IMG/VR virus record: IMGVR_UViG_3300032296_004100
Source of the DNA: an uncultured virus (IMG/VR IMGVR_UViG_3300032296_004100)
Taxonomy: Duplodnaviria > Heunggongvirae > Uroviricota > Caudoviricetes
Strand: one strand, 5' to 3'
Length of the DNA stretch: 64,000 nucleotides
Positions 21,612 to 31,279 of this stretch are shown piece after piece. The notes under the pieces were generated by a model, which ran no database searches, was not told where the DNA came from, and saw only the letters and a program-made list of their open reading frames with translations. The position numbers and the translations under genes are program-made. Each line of letters opens with the position of its first letter. The stretch's first letter is position 1.

Positions 21612-22082
21612 TTAAATATTCAGTATGACAAAATCACTTTGTGCAAAAGTGTTGTTATCCACAGCATAATCAATTCTTACCTTTGCGGTATATTCCGAAG
21701 TACCTTTACCAGGGACTTTAAAGATATTATCTCGATTTTGACCAGGTAATGGTTCACCTTTTGCCAACGGAACTTCTTCAGAAGGGTCAGCAGGTTCAAT
21801 CGTGATATTATTAATTAATAAATTTGGCATGAATTGTTCTACAGAATCACGAATGTCCGCTTCAATAGCATCGAAGGTTAAACCATCAAAAGGCTCAAAT
21901 AAAAATTCATACAATCTTGTACCAAAAGTTGGTAGATAATACCTCGAACCCTTTTTAGTTAATAATAAATGAATTAAATCACTTCTAATTTGTGCAAATT
22001 GTGTTTCAGTTAATAATAGAAAATCCCCTTTCGGCGAATCCTCAAAAGGAAATGCTAATCCATATGTAACACCTTCAGCCAT
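21612..22082 (-). CDS. Baseplate wedge protein gp25-like (GPW/gp25 family)
   Basis: IRSDLIHLLLTKKGSRYYLPTFGTRLYEFLFEP signature. The start is moved to ATG 22082 because the track's upstream extension runs through a terminator hairpin. Confidence 0.85.
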   Translation of the reverse strand: MAEGVTYGLAFPFEDSPKGDFLLLTETQFAQIRSDLIHLLLTKKGSRYYLPTFGTRLYEFLFEPFDGLTFDAIEADIRDSVEQFMPNLLINNITIEPADPSEEVPLAKGEPLPGQNRDNIFKVPGKGTSEYTAKVRIDYAVDNNTFAQSDFVILNI

Positions 22083-22120
22083 ATCAGATAAATATACCCT
22101 TGTTTTTTTTATAAGAAATG

Positions 22121-22151
22121 AAAAAACCCGACACTTTCGTGACGGGTTTTT
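22121..22151 (-). terminator. Rho-independent terminator after nrdA
   Basis: Minus strand AAAAACCCGTCAC-GAAA-GTGTCGGG-TTTTTT: stem with a GAAA tetraloop and U-tract. Confidence 0.8.
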
Positions 22152-22176
22152 CATTCAATACAATAATATCTCTCAA

Positions 22177-23889
22177 TTATGCCTCACAAGCCACGCAGTG
22201 AAGGTCATTTAAGTTCAATTTCTTTCTAGCAAAAGCTTGAGCAGAATTCATTGAGTGCTGATAATAGAGTGTTTTAACACCCAACTGCCACGCGTCAATC
22301 AAAAGTTTATTCACATCTTTAGTAGGCATGTCAGGTGATATCATCAAGTTTAAAGATTGTGATTGGTCAATATAATCTTGTCTGATTGCCGCTTGGTTAA
22401 TAATAGTAGATTGGTTAATTTCAGAAAAAGTTCGAAACACTTCTTTTTGCTCATTAGTCAAAAACTCAAGGTGTTGAACTGAACCATCATGTTTTTTGAT
22501 ACTCTCCCAAGTACTTTTGTTATCTTTACCTAAGTCCGCCAAAAGTCTTTTCAAAACAGGGTTTTTAATAGTTACCTTCAATTTTGCAACATCTTTGACA
22601 TAACAATTAGACCAAATTGGTTCAATTGATTGAGATACTTGTCCTAAAATAAATGCTGAGGAAGTTGTTGGTGCAATCGCATTTAAAGTAACATTTCTTC
22701 TACCATATCCGATTAAAGTTTCGGGTTCACCAAAAATTTGAGCTAATTCTTGAGATGCTTTGTAAGATTTATCTTTGATTAATTTGAAAACTTCGACATT
22801 CAATCTTGCGGTTTCCCTACTATCGAAAGGTAGATTTTTAGATTGTAGTAATGAGTGCCAACCTAAAACACCCAATCCAAGAGCTCTTTGTCTTTTGGCA
22901 AAGTTATACGCTTTTTCAAGGTAAAAGAACGCCCTTTGTCCTTCGATAGTACCACTGTTTCTGATATTATCGATTTTATCAATAAACTCTGAAACAACAG
23001 CATCTAAGAAATATACCATCATCTCAACCGCGTCGGTGTCTTTCCACTCTTCATAATGCAAAAGATTCATCGAAGAAAGAACACAAACAAAAGACTCTTC
23101 TTCTGAATTGTGGAGAGCAATTTCAGAACAAAGATTAGAATTATAAATCTTCATATCTTTGTCTTTGTAAACCTCAGGCGCCTTATTGTTCACAGTATCT
23201 GTAAACATAATGTAAGGGTAACCAATTTCCCCTCTTCTTTGAATTACTTTTGCCCATGTTGCTCTTTTTTGTTTATCCCCAGCAATCATCTTTTCCATGA
23301 ATTCATCAGTTACAGTCACTGCGTGAGTTAGGTCTTGAATTGGAAACCCTTCAGTTCCGATTTCTAAAAACTCTTTAATATCAGGATGTTCAATTGGTAG
23401 GTATGGTGAAAAACGACCTCTGCGGGTAGAACCCTGTGATATATTATCAACAACACTTTGAAACAAATTCATAAAATGAACCGCACCAGGAGCATGTCCA
23501 TTATCTGTAATCTCCGCACCTCTTCCACGAATGTTACCAAAATAGCCAGATGTACCACCACCCATTTTACTCATTTCTCCAACTTCAGCTTGAGTGTACA
23601 AAATTGATTCGATGTTATCTCCAACATTTGAACCAAAACAACTTACGGGTAGCCCTCTTTTTTTACCAAAGTTCGCCCACACAGGTGAAGATAAAGAATA
23701 CCAACCTTTACCCATATACTCATAAAATTTATCTGCGAATCCATCGATACCGAGCAGAGTTTCTGCGTGGTCACAGATTGTTTTAATTCTTTCAAGTGAA
23801 TCTTCACCATCACTCAAGTATCCACGACGGAGAAAAGTAATGGACTCCTCGTTAATCCAATCGAAAGGTTTTCTATCTTCCATTATCAT
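22177..23889 (-). CDS. nrdA: Ribonucleotide reductase class I alpha subunit (no ATP-cone)
   Basis: PVSCF, SNLCSEI, VCVLSS, AIAPTTSS, GVKTLYY and C-terminal CVACEA motifs. Confidence 0.95.
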   Translation of the reverse strand: MIMEDRKPFDWINEESITFLRRGYLSDGEDSLERIKTICDHAETLLGIDGFADKFYEYMGKGWYSLSSPVWANFGKKRGLPVSCFGSNVGDNIESILYTQAEVGEMSKMGGGTSGYFGNIRGRGAEITDNGHAPGAVHFMNLFQSVVDNISQGSTRRGRFSPYLPIEHPDIKEFLEIGTEGFPIQDLTHAVTVTDEFMEKMIAGDKQKRATWAKVIQRRGEIGYPYIMFTDTVNNKAPEVYKDKDMKIYNSNLCSEIALHNSEEESFVCVLSSMNLLHYEEWKDTDAVEMMVYFLDAVVSEFIDKIDNIRNSGTIEGQRAFFYLEKAYNFAKRQRALGLGVLGWHSLLQSKNLPFDSRETARLNVEVFKLIKDKSYKASQELAQIFGEPETLIGYGRRNVTLNAIAPTTSSAFILGQVSQSIEPIWSNCYVKDVAKLKVTIKNPVLKRLLADLGKDNKSTWESIKKHDGSVQHLEFLTNEQKEVFRTFSEINQSTIINQAAIRQDYIDQSQSLNLMISPDMPTKDVNKLLIDAWQLGVKTLYYQHSMNSAQAFARKKLNLNDLHCVACEA

Positions 23890-23901
23890 TAGTTTTTATT
23901 A

Positions 23902-25182
23902 TTAGAATAAATCATTTAAAGTTATTGATTTTGATTTTTTGCTGTAGTTAATACTTCTTTTATTAAAAAAGTCTGTGTGTTTTGTTGTTAAAATTTCATC
24001 ATCAAACCATTCGGTAGTTTCTAACATTTTCTCATCAACTGAGAAAACATTATCTATACCAATAGCATTCAATGATAGATTGAATCTGTGTTTAATAAAT
24101 TCAATTGTCTGTTGTTTGGTTAAAAAATCTAAGTCACCGTATTCAAAAATCCAATTTACTATCTCCTCTTCAGCCTCAAAAGCTTCTTTGGAGGCATCAA
24201 TTAAATCGGAAATCAAATCTTGTGTCCACCATGATGGGTTTTCTTTTTTTATTAAGTTTACCAAAGTAAATCCGAATTCCGCGTGTATATTCTCCTCCTT
24301 TGATGTCGCTTCTACAGCATTACTCATTCCCTTCAAAACATTTTTATGTTTGTTAAAAGACATAATAACCAAGAATTGTGAGAACAATGAAACATTCTCC
24401 ACAAACATTGAGAAAAGAACAACAGACTCAAAATAATCTCGATTCTCAACTGATTTGGAGTTAACAATAGACTTCTCCAAATATTTAATTCTTTTACGAA
24501 TTGCCGGTACTTCAAGTAAGTTTTCAAACTCATTGTTCAAACCCAACACTTGAATCAAATTTGAGTACGCATCCGCGTGCCGGACTTCAGACTCCGCAAA
24601 AGTTGCCCCAACATTTCCTATTTCAGGTTTTGGTAATTTTTTATAGATGTCACCCCAAAAATTCTTGACGGCAATTTCGATTTGTGAAATTGCCAACATT
24701 GCTCTTTGTACCGAAGTTTTTTCCTTTTCATTTAAATGAACTTTAAAATCTTGAATATCAGAAGTAAAATTAAACTCAGTATGAACCCAATATGAATGTC
24801 GTATTGCATCAACATATTCAACTAAATCAGGGTACTCATAGGGTTTTAGATTGGTTCTTTTGGTAAAAATATTTGGTTGGTGTTTCGAACGATAAATAAT
24901 ATACTCTTTAGCAACATCATTCAAACCATTATCCATAAGTTTATTTTCTACCATATCATGAATCTCGTCAACATGAGGTACATGATATTTGTTACCTCTA
25001 AAAATTCCTTTGGTAGTTAACCTTGCAATTTTATCCGCCATATCGTCATCAATTTTTCCAACCGATTCCATAGCTTTTAAAATTGCTTTTTTTATTTTTT
25101 CAGGTTCAAAAAGAACTTTCTCACCACTTCTTTTTATAACCTGACGAGATTCGTCTATACTGATATTATTTATGTCATCCAT
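23902..25182 (-). CDS. nrdB: Ribonucleotide reductase class I beta subunit with N-terminal ATP-cone (class Id-like)
   Basis: N-terminal VIKRSGEKVLFEPEKIKKAI...VENKLM...AKEYIIYR ATP-cone; ferritin-like ligands in QIEIAVK, ESEVRHADAY, VENVSLFSQF and EENIH. Confidence 0.93.
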   Translation of the reverse strand: MDDINNISIDESRQVIKRSGEKVLFEPEKIKKAILKAMESVGKIDDDMADKIARLTTKGIFRGNKYHVPHVDEIHDMVENKLMDNGLNDVAKEYIIYRSKHQPNIFTKRTNLKPYEYPDLVEYVDAIRHSYWVHTEFNFTSDIQDFKVHLNEKEKTSVQRAMLAISQIEIAVKNFWGDIYKKLPKPEIGNVGATFAESEVRHADAYSNLIQVLGLNNEFENLLEVPAIRKRIKYLEKSIVNSKSVENRDYFESVVLFSMFVENVSLFSQFLVIMSFNKHKNVLKGMSNAVEATSKEENIHAEFGFTLVNLIKKENPSWWTQDLISDLIDASKEAFEAEEEIVNWIFEYGDLDFLTKQQTIEFIKHRFNLSLNAIGIDNVFSVDEKMLETTEWFDDEILTTKHTDFFNKRSINYSKKSKSITLNDLF

Positions 25183-25207
25183 AATTTAGATTGTTTTTGA
25201 TTTTAGT

Positions 25208-26611
25208 TTAAATTGGGCTATTATTTTGTTCTTGACGAGCCTTTCTCTTTTCTAACAATTCTTTGATTCTTTCTTGTTTTTTTTCAACCTGTTGTTCTTC
25301 GAAACCTAAAAAGGTAACTGAAGACTCAGTATCGATAATTAACAATTCATTGTCAAATTTGCAGTTTTCAAAAACAACACCATCTTGACCCAAACGCGAT
25401 TTAGTAATCGCCATTGTTGCTAACTTCATTTCTTTTTGTTGAAGAGTTTTAGCAACTGAGATTATAACATGACCAACTTGAGCTTTCTTGATTGAACCCC
25501 CCATTTGGTCGGTGGTTACAACTTCTGAAGAAATTGATGACCGATTACCTTGTGTTGCGGTCCATCCTGCTAAGTTTAGTTCATGGCACATAGCCTCGAA
25601 GTGTCTCATTACAGAACCTTCAGCTTTCCATTCATCGGTCTTAAGGTTATCAGGTACCACACAATCGATGTAATCCAAAGTAACCATATCAATCTTAATT
25701 CCATCAGCAATCATTTTTCTTACCTGAACTTTGATTTGATTCATTGTCATAGTATCAGACGGGAGTTTTTTCAGAATCAGTCTATTCGGCATTGAGTTCT
25801 GAACTTCCTGTACTTTTTCCATCACATCTTCTTTCATCAACGATAGGTTATCGGGTTCAATACCAGTCCAAAGGGTAATGTGTTTTCTTTGAATTATTTT
25901 TACATTATCCTCAAAAAATATCTGAAGAACATTGTACCCAATATTGAAAGCGGAATTTGCAATTTTGGTCATCAAAGTAGTTTTTCCCACACCAGTTGGT
26001 GCCAGAATAACACCTATTTCACCTTTCGCCAAACCACCTTTTAACAGTCTATCAAGACCCGCAATACCCATTGGGATAGGATGTCTGTAATCATCGTTTA
26101 AAACATCATCTAAACCAGTAAAAACATCTAACACACCAGTTTCTCTTTCCCCTACTTGTAGGGCTTCTCGTACCATGTTTTCCACTTGGTCGTATGATTC
26201 AAAATCTCCCTGAGTGATTATTTTTTGTGCTTTGTCCATCGCCTTTTGAAGTTCTTGTTGTTTACAAAACTTCAACGCTTTTTCTTGAACAAACACGCTA
26301 CCATCAAACGGCGCATTTTGAATTTGTTTCAGAGTATCTAAAACAATCTTTAAGACAAGTTCTTGAGAAATTTCTGATTTAGCAATTTGTTCTAAAGTGT
26401 CAAAAGTTGGTGTTGATTGATATTTCCCATAATATTCTCGAATCATTTGAACAACAATTTTGAAGTATTTGTTGTCAAAATATGAGGGTTCTAATACATC
26501 AACAATGGACTGTGCGAATTCTTTATCTACGATAATTTGGTTTAAAAGTTGTATTTGAAATGTGTTACCGAGATAGTCAAAATTCTTAGTCATATAATTG
26601 TGTGTATTCAT
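25208..26611 (-). CDS. Replicative DNA helicase (DnaB/gp41-like)
   Basis: Walker A APTGVGKT, LDYIDC, TATQGNR and ITKSR motifs. The true start may be MTKNFDY (26593). Confidence 0.9.
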   Translation of the reverse strand: MNTHNYMTKNFDYLGNTFQIQLLNQIIVDKEFAQSIVDVLEPSYFDNKYFKIVVQMIREYYGKYQSTPTFDTLEQIAKSEISQELVLKIVLDTLKQIQNAPFDGSVFVQEKALKFCKQQELQKAMDKAQKIITQGDFESYDQVENMVREALQVGERETGVLDVFTGLDDVLNDDYRHPIPMGIAGLDRLLKGGLAKGEIGVILAPTGVGKTTLMTKIANSAFNIGYNVLQIFFEDNVKIIQRKHITLWTGIEPDNLSLMKEDVMEKVQEVQNSMPNRLILKKLPSDTMTMNQIKVQVRKMIADGIKIDMVTLDYIDCVVPDNLKTDEWKAEGSVMRHFEAMCHELNLAGWTATQGNRSSISSEVVTTDQMGGSIKKAQVGHVIISVAKTLQQKEMKLATMAITKSRLGQDGVVFENCKFDNELLIIDTESSVTFLGFEEQQVEKKQERIKELLEKRKARQEQNNSPI

Positions 26612-26617
26612 TAAATA

Positions 26618-27070
26618 TTACTTAGACAAGTCGTATTCCAAGTACTCGTGAGATAAATTCTCACCTGAAAAAATGTCAGTTAACCCTTTCAAAATATTTT
26701 TTAGGCTGGGGCGTACATCAACCGTATATCTGACTTTAGGAGGGAAAAGTTTACCATCAAAAATTCTGTGAAAAATTTTTTCTTCACCTAATTTGACATA
26801 CATATGGAAGTTCTCAGGACCATCAGTATTTGATGTGTTAAGAACCTCAGGGTCCAAGTAAATTGATTCTTGGTTGTCTAACATGTATGTGATAGTTTTT
26901 AATTTTAAATCTTGAACTAAGTCATCTTCAACTTGTTGCATAAATTCAACAAGGTCTACGGAACGACCAGCTTTTGGATTGTAGTTTCTTACATTGTAGA
27001 ATCTTTGAACTACAAAATTATCGTTAAGAGTCAAAAGGAACTCCATTTTGGTAATTGATTCTTCTTTCAT
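26618..27070 (-). CDS. Hypothetical protein in replication operon
   Basis: 150-aa ORF overlapping the exonuclease stop (ATGA). Confidence 0.7.
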   Translation of the reverse strand: MKEESITKMEFLLTLNDNFVVQRFYNVRNYNPKAGRSVDLVEFMQQVEDDLVQDLKLKTITYMLDNQESIYLDPEVLNTSNTDGPENFHMYVKLGEEKIFHRIFDGKLFPPKVRYTVDVRPSLKNILKGLTDIFSGENLSHEYLEYDLSK

Positions 27071-28086
27071 AATTGATTTTGATTAGATTGATTAAATTTT
27101 CTTTTTTCTTTTCTTGTTAATTTTAAAAATGGTTTTAAGAACTCAACGAACGCTTCGTCATTCTTAGGGAGATACTTAAAGAATCCATCGTTCATCATCA
27201 TTGATATAATATTCTTCCTGTCTCGACCTTCAGGGTCTAAACTCTCTGAGTAATACAATGTAACAACTTCTTGACCCTCTACAGTTATCATAGGATTAGC
27301 TAAGTCCATAATCCTTTGATTAATTGAGTAAAATTTATCCCCGAATTTACCATCTTTTGTTTGACCATTTACGATATTTTTTAAAACATTGAGTTTATTA
27401 TTTTCTTTAATTAAACTCTTTGTTCTTGTTAAAATATCATCAACATTAAGTGTTGTTTCAAGTACCTCAGGGAAAAATTTTACAAAAGTTTTTTCCCCTA
27501 ATCTTACAATACCTTGGATGTTATCACTCTTGTCTCCCATAAAAATTTTCACTGTCAAAATGTTTTGATGGGGAATATAATAATCTCCAAACTTCACCTT
27601 GTCACCCATACGGTATGTGTATCTCTGAAGGGGTGAATAAAGACTTGTTGTCTCGTTAATTAATTGCAGTAAATCCTTATCTGAGGAAAAGATAATTTTG
27701 TTTTCGTCAGTTGCCATTTGACAGTAAAACGCAATTAAATCATCAGATTCGTTTTCGTCGACTTCAATTTGTCTCACAAAACACTCTTCAAGATATTGTT
27801 TTACCCTATCTTTTTGTGTGTGGTATGACTCGAGTTTTTCCTCAGTCATATCATTTTTACGATTTAATTTGTAGTTAGGATATATTTCGCGTCTATACTT
27901 GGAGTTCTGCTTTCCGTCCCAAAATACGATGACTTTATCGTACTCGTTGTCGACCAACTGTCTACGGAGAGTATTGAGGAAGTGAAAGACTCCCCCAATA
28001 TGATTTCCCTCGACAAATAATTCTCGGACTCCGTGGAATCCAATTTTGAATAAATTATCTCCATCTACTAATAAAGTTTTTATCAC
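27067..28086 (-). CDS. 5'-3' exonuclease / flap endonuclease (T4 RNase H, PolA N-terminal-like)
   Basis: LLVDGDNL, VFWDG, YKLNR, ESDDLIA, SSDKDLLQL and GDKSDNIQGI.RLGEKT motifs. Confidence 0.92.
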   Translation of the reverse strand: MIKTLLVDGDNLFKIGFHGVRELFVEGNHIGGVFHFLNTLRRQLVDNEYDKVIVFWDGKQNSKYRREIYPNYKLNRKNDMTEEKLESYHTQKDRVKQYLEECFVRQIEVDENESDDLIAFYCQMATDENKIIFSSDKDLLQLINETTSLYSPLQRYTYRMGDKVKFGDYYIPHQNILTVKIFMGDKSDNIQGIVRLGEKTFVKFFPEVLETTLNVDDILTRTKSLIKENNKLNVLKNIVNGQTKDGKFGDKFYSINQRIMDLANPMITVEGQEVVTLYYSESLDPEGRDRKNIISMMMNDGFFKYLPKNDEAFVEFLKPFLKLTRKEKRKFNQSNQNQL

Positions 28087-28124
28087 TTCTGTGATTTTAA
28101 ATTGTGAATACCTTGTTGTCTTTT

Positions 28125-29132
28125 TTAATTATCTTCTTTTTCTTCTTTTAAATCAAAATCACCGTCTGTACCAATAATTTCTTTCCAATATTCTGCATGT
28201 TCTGTCTTATACTTTTCAATAGAAGTCTTTTCCTCTGCAGCTTCTTTACCCGCTAAAAACCCGTGTGGTGTTACAATTATTTTACCATCCTCATAACCCA
28301 AACCATTAATGTGATTTTTCATTACAGATACTTTGGTTCTAATGGCAAACTTGACACTTCTCTTATCTTTGGTAGCCGTAATTTTGTTTGTTCCCGATTC
28401 TTTTTGATTACCAAATAAAAACACCAAAGAAGAATTTAACCAAATTGCCTCACCACCCTTACTTTTAATTTTAGGTTGACCAAATGGATTGTCTGGAAGA
28501 CTCACCCATGGTTGATTAATTATAACTAAAGTATTTTCAAACTTTGATTCAGACTTCCGACTTCCTGAAATACGCTGGTTAATACCCATTCCAATTTTAT
28601 CGGCTAATACACCAGCATTCTGCATTTTTCCACCTCGACCTTCGTAAGTCATCTTACAAGGAACTGAACCAACTGAGTCCCATAAAAATAGTAAATTATA
28701 TTCCAATTCACCCTTTTCCTGTGCGTCGAGTAAGGAATTAATATAATCAGTAATTTCCTCAATATAATTAAAACCATTATTAAAAATAAAAAAACCATCC
28801 CAATCTATTTCTCCAGTTGTTTCATCAACAACTTCTTCACATTGAAGTCCCATAAGACGAGCATGTTCGAAACTCCATTTTTGTTCAGTAATAATAAAGA
28901 CAGGAAGGATTTCCTTTTTTTGTGAATCTACGGCAGTTTTAACTAACGCAGTTGTTTTCCCTGTATCTGAGTGACCTAAGAACATATTAATATGCCCAAT
29001 CGCAGGACCCGGAAGACCACTCGCGTCCAAAAAGTCAGGACCTAAATCAAAAAATCTTTGAGGTTTGTATTTTGCCGAAGTAGAGTATTTCTTCTTAAAA
29101 GAAGAAAAATCAGTTGTTTTCTTTATCGCCAT
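28125..29132 (-). CDS. RecA/UvsX-like recombinase
   Basis: Walker A GHSDTGKTT, Walker B FLWDSVG, IINQ, KGGEA and KNH motifs. Confidence 0.88.
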   Translation of the reverse strand: MAIKKTTDFSSFKKKYSTSAKYKPQRFFDLGPDFLDASGLPGPAIGHINMFLGHSDTGKTTALVKTAVDSQKKEILPVFIITEQKWSFEHARLMGLQCEEVVDETTGEIDWDGFFIFNNGFNYIEEITDYINSLLDAQEKGELEYNLLFLWDSVGSVPCKMTYEGRGGKMQNAGVLADKIGMGINQRISGSRKSESKFENTLVIINQPWVSLPDNPFGQPKIKSKGGEAIWLNSSLVFLFGNQKESGTNKITATKDKRSVKFAIRTKVSVMKNHINGLGYEDGKIIVTPHGFLAGKEAAEEKTSIEKYKTEHAEYWKEIIGTDGDFDLKEEKEDN

Positions 29133-29346
29133 TATATTTCCAAAATTCTGTTAATACTTGAAGCTTGTCACTTGCATTTGCCAACTTTTCCACCATATTG
29201 TCCATTTCTTCCAAAATTTGTGGGTGTTCACCAATACCGGCAGCATTTTCAAGATAAATCATTAGAGTTGCTTCTGCCTCCAAGATTTGAGCCTCATACT
29301 TTTTTTTGAGACCATCGATTGTTTTTTGTCTTGTTTCTTTTGTCAT
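29110..29346 (-). CDS. Hypothetical small coiled-coil protein
   Basis: MTKETRQ...YLENAAGIGEHPQILEEMD. Start placed at ATG 29346, downstream of the terminator hairpin. Confidence 0.7.
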   Translation of the reverse strand: MTKETRQKTIDGLKKKYEAQILEAEATLMIYLENAAGIGEHPQILEEMDNMVEKLANASDKLQVLTEFWKYNGDKENN

Positions 29347-29357
29347 ATTCTTAAGAA

Positions 29358-29383
29358 TTAAAAGGGTGGGGTTTCCCCCACCC
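29358..29383 (-). terminator. Rho-independent terminator after ssb
   Basis: Minus strand GGGTGGGG-AAA-CCCCACCC-TTTTAA. Confidence 0.8.
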
Positions 29384-29395
29384 AACTAACTTAAA

Positions 29396-30250
29396 TTAAA
29401 ATGGTAAATCTTCATCAGGAGTCGCGTTAGCTTGCGGGTCTGTGTAGTTAGAACTACTATTTGACAAACCACCGAATGATTCGGTCGCTTCGTCATCAGA
29501 ACCATAAACATAACCACCCTTGTCAGAATCCCAACGCGGAACTTTGCCACCAGCAATTGCCTCCAAGTATTCGACTGGTTTCTTAGAATAGACATCAAGC
29601 CAGGTCAACTCGTCATTAACCCATGAGTCCATAGTTGTCTTGTCTTCGTGGATAGCTTGTGGGTCGTCGTACATAATTGTTGAAACAGTTGTGTATGCGG
29701 CACCCTTTGGGGTTTTTTGTTTGGTGAGTTCAATGATGAGGTCACGACCTTTTTCAGGGTCTGTAATATCACCCTTATTACGCCAAATAGGAATAATCTT
29801 GTCGAGGATACCTTCATTTTTATAATTGTGCTTGAATCTCCAAAACTTTACTCCGTCTTCTTCGTGGTCACGGTCGATAACTTTTACAATATAAAACTTT
29901 CGTGATTTGTATTGTTTAGCCAACTCCTTATCAGAGTCCCGTCCTGTTGACATAAGTTCTTCGTAAACCTCATTTAAAGGTGAACGCTCATTGTCATTTT
30001 TGCCTGGGTCGTAAAACTTTTGCCATTTACCACCCACTTGAATCTCGTGATACCACGCCTCTTTAAAGGGTGAACCACCATCTTGTGTTGGAAGAATTCG
30101 GACACGGCGTGTTCCTGAATTCGATTTATCGTCCAAAATGAGAGCGAAGTATTTCTTCATTCTCTCATCCTGAGACATTTTTCCTTGGCCAACATTACTG
30201 TTTTGTTGGGCCTTTTCGTATTGTGCAAGTACTGCGTCTAATGAACTCAT
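29396..30250 (-). CDS. Single-stranded DNA-binding protein (gp32-like)
   Basis: RVRILP...PFKEAWYH, DITDPEKGRDL and an acidic C-terminal tail DEDLPF; sits next to the recombinase. Confidence 0.8.
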   Translation of the reverse strand: MSSLDAVLAQYEKAQQNSNVGQGKMSQDERMKKYFALILDDKSNSGTRRVRILPTQDGGSPFKEAWYHEIQVGGKWQKFYDPGKNDNERSPLNEVYEELMSTGRDSDKELAKQYKSRKFYIVKVIDRDHEEDGVKFWRFKHNYKNEGILDKIIPIWRNKGDITDPEKGRDLIIELTKQKTPKGAAYTTVSTIMYDDPQAIHEDKTTMDSWVNDELTWLDVYSKKPVEYLEAIAGGKVPRWDSDKGGYVYGSDDEATESFGGLSNSSSNYTDPQANATPDEDLPF

Positions 30251-30277
30251 AAAAAAAATTAATTTAGGTTAGTGTTA

Positions 30278-30309
30278 GAAAGATATAAAATCATAGTTTA
30301 ATAGTCAAA
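30278..30309 (-). promoter_or_regulatory. Putative host-RNAP promoter for the ssb/replication operon
   Basis: Minus strand TTTG-ACTATTAAACTATGATTTTA(20 nt)-TATCTTTC fits the Bacteroidota TTTG/TAnnTTTG consensus with one mismatch; it can also be read as TTGACT-N17-TATCTT. Confidence 0.55.
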
Positions 30310-30315
30310 TAAAAT

Positions 30316-30339
30316 AAAAAAGGTTGTGTTTCCACAACC
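30316..30339 (-). terminator. Rho-independent terminator ending the upstream tail/hub transcript
   Basis: Minus strand GGTTGTG-GAAA-CACAACC-TTTTTT. Confidence 0.8.
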
Positions 30340-30365
30340 CTAATAATAGTAATCTTTTTCAAAAA

Positions 30366-31004
30366 TCAAAACTTATATGGTAATTGATTTTGTTGGTTTA
30401 AACCGAATGTCTTCTTAATTTCTGCGGGACTGATATCCTCAACTTCGTCACTTGTTAAGATATACTCGTGCTTTCCCGATTTTTCCCAATCTTCTTTCTT
30501 GTCGTCAAAGAAATCTGAAAGTTTTTTGTTAAATGGCCCTGAATCAATAGTTCTAAGGTCTAATTTTTCTTCTGCGGATTTCGGTCTAAATTTCTCAAGT
30601 TTTGCCTCAATGTCATTTAACTTATTTACCAAGTTATCCATGTCAGATAGTTTTGACTCCAAATTTTGTAGATATCCAAATAAATTTTCGAAATATTCTT
30701 CTTGTTTGTTTTCAATATTTTTCTGAGCACTTACCAATTCGGTAACATCTAATTCTTGAGTTCCAGTTTCCTCGGTGGTACCACCTTCGTTATCAATCTT
30801 TTTTACTTCAGTATCAGTTGCTAAATCAATCTTTTCAGGTGTTCCCGTTGGAGCCACTTCAGGATTTGCCGCAGGCAAATTATCTTCAGGTTCTGTGGGT
30901 CCTTCTAAACCTGGTACAATATTTCCTGCCGCTTGCTCAGAAATATAGTTATTGATTCTATGATGTCTTTGAATTTCTTTTAATATTTTTTTGTCAATAG
31001 CCAT
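30366..31004 (-). CDS. Hypothetical acidic coiled-coil protein (possible internal head protein)
   Basis: 212 aa; KKILKEI...YISEQ N-terminus, acidic linker and a heptad-rich region. Confidence 0.65.
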   Translation of the reverse strand: MAIDKKILKEIQRHHRINNYISEQAAGNIVPGLEGPTEPEDNLPAANPEVAPTGTPEKIDLATDTEVKKIDNEGGTTEETGTQELDVTELVSAQKNIENKQEEYFENLFGYLQNLESKLSDMDNLVNKLNDIEAKLEKFRPKSAEEKLDLRTIDSGPFNKKLSDFFDDKKEDWEKSGKHEYILTSDEVEDISPAEIKKTFGLNQQNQLPYKF

Positions 31005-31008
31005 AGGA

Positions 31009-31233
31009 TTATCCGTTTAATAACTGTTTAATTCCGTTTGGTGTTTCTACACGAACTCTACGATTAAGAGTTACATCGTGACCGGCTCTTTCTATAAGAC
31101 CATCTCTTTCTCTGACGGTATAGCAATCTCCAGTGTCTAAGTCACAAACTTGTTTGGTACCATCACCATTATCTTTTTGTGAGATTCTGGTTTGTTTACC
31201 CAAATACTGGTTCAACATTGAATTAATATCCAT
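31009..31233 (-). CDS. Hypothetical small protein (CxxxxGxC)
   Basis: MDINSML...VCDLDTGDCYTVRERDGLIER; ATG 31233 lies 14 nt downstream of a TATTTAT motif. Confidence 0.65.
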   Translation of the reverse strand: MDINSMLNQYLGKQTRISQKDNGDGTKQVCDLDTGDCYTVRERDGLIERAGHDVTLNRRVRVETPNGIKQLLNG

Positions 31234-31279
31234 AATTCTTTTTCTTAATAAATATACAACCAATAAGAATAATCACTTT

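Noticed and set aside
22083..22154. N-terminal extensions in the ORF track (gp25-like here; similarly 29347-29385, 31234-31263, 38166-38219 and 58404-58445)
   Set aside because: They run through terminators, promoter motifs or upstream genes; the downstream ATGs fit better.
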